7,972 nt of DNA from the IMG/VR virus record IMGVR_UViG_2681813263_000012. One strand, written 5' to 3'. Below are positions 6,327-7,972 of this stretch, in pieces. This stretch comes from a virus. Taxonomy: Duplodnaviria; Heunggongvirae; Uroviricota; Caudoviricetes. A program made the position numbers and the translations under genes. The notes under the pieces are model-generated. The model searched no databases. It saw only the letters and a program-made list of their open reading frames with translations, and was not told where the DNA came from. Position 1 is the stretch's first letter; every line of letters starts with the position of its first letter.

Positions 6327-6808
6327 TACTTAATTCCTCCACCGGCAAAATACATCTTCGGTTTAATTTTTTGCTTCTTGTCATCCTGAGTTTGTTTCTT
6401 TTTCGGTGAAAGATAATAATCATCTTCACTGTCATCGAATGGGTCTAAACCCGATACTTTGTTCTTTTGTCTTGCAAGCTCGAATCTCTTTTTCTTCTCT
6501 GCCCTCTTAATGGCTTTTTCACGTTCATCCTCTTCATCATCGAAGGGGTCCAACTCATCATCAGTGGCGGGGCACTGTGTGTTTTTATGGTCACTATCAA
6601 CACTCACATCAGTGATTTCTCTGTCTTGTTTAGAAGTCTTTTTAGAGCTTACTTCAAGGTCAGATTCATTCATAGAGAGAAAATCATTTAATTCATCCAA
6701 AGAAAGAAAGTCATCTTCTTTAATATCATCATTAAGTCCAGTCTCTTTATTCTTATCTGTAATATTATTATCTAATGTTTTATCTAATAACTTATCTAAC
6801 TCTAACAC
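6326..6808 (-). CDS. Highly acidic, low-complexity protein (160 aa) with repeated LDPFDD(E/S)EDD motif and a basic C-terminal tail
   Basis: Probable GTG start at 6808-6806 with AGAGG about 8 nt upstream and an in-frame stop just before it. The first internal ATG lacks an RBS. D/E-rich with two LDPFDD copies. The 5' coding region coincides with the AT-rich origin-like repeats. Confidence 0.55.
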   Translation of the reverse strand: MLELDKLLDKTLDNNITDKNKETGLNDDIKEDDFLSLDELNDFLSMNESDLEVSSKKTSKQDREITDVSVDSDHKNTQCPATDDELDPFDDEEDEREKAIKRAEKKKRFELARQKNKVSGLDPFDDSEDDYYLSPKKKQTQDDKKQKIKPKMYFAGGGIK

Positions 6809-6886
6809 GGGTGACCTCTAACACGGGTGACATTTTGTCACTACCCCCATGACATTTTGTCACTGGTAGTGGTGTCATTTTGTCTT
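6753..6886. repeat. Origin-like repeat block: AT-rich TTATCTAA 12-mers, a 16-bp tandem repeat x2, and three iteron-like repeats at 22-bp phasing
   Basis: TTATCTAA at 6768, 6780 and 6792 (12-bp spacing), plus ttatctgt at 6753. ctctaacacgggtgac at 6800-6815 and 6816-6831, perfect tandem. gtgacattttgtcact at 6827-6842, atgacattttgtcact at 6849-6864, and degenerate ggtgtcattttgtctt at 6871-6886. All checked base by base. Confidence 0.6.
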
Positions 6887-7230
6887 ACTGAGGCTGCAAC
6901 TTCCTGTGATGTAGGTCTTACAAGTAATTCCGGCTTATCATCCAGTGTGAATACACGATAAGTGCTTTGACGCCCCTGATTCTTTTGCACCTGAATTAAA
7001 CCGTGTTTCTCAAGTGTCTCAATGGCTCTGATTGCTGTTCTCTTTGATACACCAGCCATATAAGCGAGATGGTCAATACTTGGTGAATATGATTTGTATT
7101 TCTCTTCATAGAAGTCACAGCTATGGACCATGACCATATAAATCAATCTTGCTGCTGCGTTAATTTCTTCTGAAAGTTGAGAGATTCGCACATCAAATTT
7201 ATAAAACTGATTTGGGTTATATTTAGACAT
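6841..7230 (-). CDS. Replication initiator-like protein, lambda-O N-terminal-type winged HTH (129 aa)
   Basis: ATG at 7230-7228 with GAGGT about 9 nt upstream; stop TAG at 6841-6843. Segment ...SIDHLAYMAGVSKRTAIRAIETLEKHGLIQVQ... matches the HTH pattern I recall for phage O-type and plasmid replication-initiator N-terminal domains. The gene's 3' end overlaps the iterons. Confidence 0.65.
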   Translation of the reverse strand: MSKYNPNQFYKFDVRISQLSEEINAAARLIYMVMVHSCDFYEEKYKSYSPSIDHLAYMAGVSKRTAIRAIETLEKHGLIQVQKNQGRQSTYRVFTLDDKPELLVRPTSQEVAASVRQNDTTTSDKMSWG

Positions 7231-7460
7231 TCATAAATTACCTCATACGTGAAAAGGCCAACCGGATAAAACCGATTAGCCTGTGTGATTAAAATATCTG
7301 GGGGATTGATGGACTGATAAAGAAGTCCATGCCTGAAACAGTACGATGATTAAAACGCTGAGGTATACCCTGAATGAGAGGTTAATATACGCCAACCATC
7401 TGACACCTCCCCAAGTGTTACCACTTCAAGACATGAACTTTTTTATCAGCCCATATAGAA

Positions 7461-7489
7461 ACTATAACAGATGTGATTATAAATTGCAA
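7461..7489 (-). promoter_or_regulatory. Candidate sigma70-type promoter (TTGCAA-17 nt-TATAGT) for the replication operon
   Basis: Minus-strand TTGCAA at 7489-7484, a 17-nt spacer, then TATAGT at 7466-7461. It lies in the 363-bp non-coding gap upstream of the initiator gene. Confidence 0.3.
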
Positions 7490-7593
7490 CAATTATTTCA
7501 CAGAATGATTACTGATTGGTCATTTATTGTTCACGGGGATACTTCTTAACATCTGAATCACCTGTCTTGTAAATGACCATATTTATGAGAATT

Positions 7594-7972
7594 TTAGCTC
7601 AACCTTTGAGCAATCCTGTATGACGTGCTCAGAGGCATTCTGAGAGCATCTGCAATGTACTTAATGGGTTTTCCTTGCCTGTATAGTTTTATGAAGCTGT
7701 CGAGCGTCTCAGGTGGGTAAATGGTGGGTCTTCCTCTTAGTCCACCACGGTTAATGATGGTTAACGGTAGCAATGTATCAGCACAGCAAACCATCTGTGT
7801 AATTTCATGCTTACGTGGTTCTTTTTTAAAAACAACGACTGCACTTGGAAACGGTGACCTAATAGTAAGCCTGTTATGCCCTGCTGGTGGAAGGTATTTA
7901 ACTGCACGATGAAGAATACGGATTTCATGACAGTGGTTATTGCTGTAAATGTGCCTAAGCCAGTAGCTGGTG
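7594..7972 (-). CDS. DNA-binding protein with C-terminal Hin/resolvase-type HTH; 5' end beyond window
   Basis: Manual translation shows the frame of ORF 7594-7794 stays open up to the window edge (...TSYWLRHIYSNNHCHEIRILHRAVKYLPPAGHNRLTIRSPFPSAVVVFKKEPRKHEITQMVCC...). C-terminus GRPTIYPPETLDSFIKLYRQGKPIKYIADALRMPLSTSYRIAQ fits the resolvase-type HTH pattern. No serine-recombinase catalytic motifs in the visible part. Confidence 0.45.
   Translation of the reverse strand, partial: TSYWLRHIYSNNHCHEIRILHRAVKYLPPAGHNRLTIRSPFPSAVVVFKKEPRKHEITQMVCCADTLLPLTIINRGGLRGRPTIYPPETLDSFIKLYRQGKPIKYIADALRMPLSTSYRIAQRLS

Noticed and set aside
6459-6821. Plus-strand ORFs 6459-6821 and 6467-6691
   Set aside because: Antisense to the acidic-protein gene; serine- and leucine-rich products are typical of the reverse strand of a D/E/K-rich gene.
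7346-7549. 67-aa plus-strand ORF in the intergenic gap
   Set aside because: No Shine-Dalgarno, unremarkable product; the region is better explained as a regulatory leader.
7721-7912. 63-aa plus-strand ORF
   Set aside because: Antisense to the open minus-strand frame that continues to the window edge.
7594-7972. Serine recombinase (resolvase/invertase) call for the right-edge gene
   Set aside because: Only the C-terminal HTH fits. The roughly 80 aa preceding it show none of the catalytic-domain motifs I would expect, so it is called only as an HTH DNA-binding protein.
1-7972. CRISPR arrays, tRNA or rRNA genes, integrase or att sites
   Set aside because: No regularly spaced identical repeats with unique spacers, no cloverleaf-like candidates noticed, and no integrase-like ORF in the visible sequence. 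Masked regions cannot be excluded.

Overview
AT-rich, phage-like segment (prophage, phage or satellite-type mobile element; host not identifiable from sequence alone) in which every credible gene except one small ORF lies on the minus strand. Reading right to left: a partial protein with a Hin/resolvase-type C-terminal HTH; a lambda-O-like winged-HTH replication initiator whose 3' end runs into an origin-like array of AT-rich 12-mers and iterons; a highly acidic protein; a small hypothetical protein; a divergent regulatory region with a small plus-strand membrane ORF; a translationally coupled RHH-regulator/HTH-protein pair; two tandem paralogous genes of about 100 aa with duplicated leaders, the first followed by a coupled 25-aa hydrophobic peptide; a dyad-rich leader; then a hypothetical gene and a protein carrying a tail tape-measure-type domain. 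Four N-runs (985-2065, 2770-2816, 2913-3578, 4212-4222) hide about 1.8 kb, and ORF-track entries that span them are artefacts. No rRNA, tRNA or CRISPR array was seen. The most interesting candidates are the origin-like repeat block, the duplicated small-gene module with small membrane peptides, and the RHH/HTH pair. All functional calls are by eye from motifs and architecture, with no database search.
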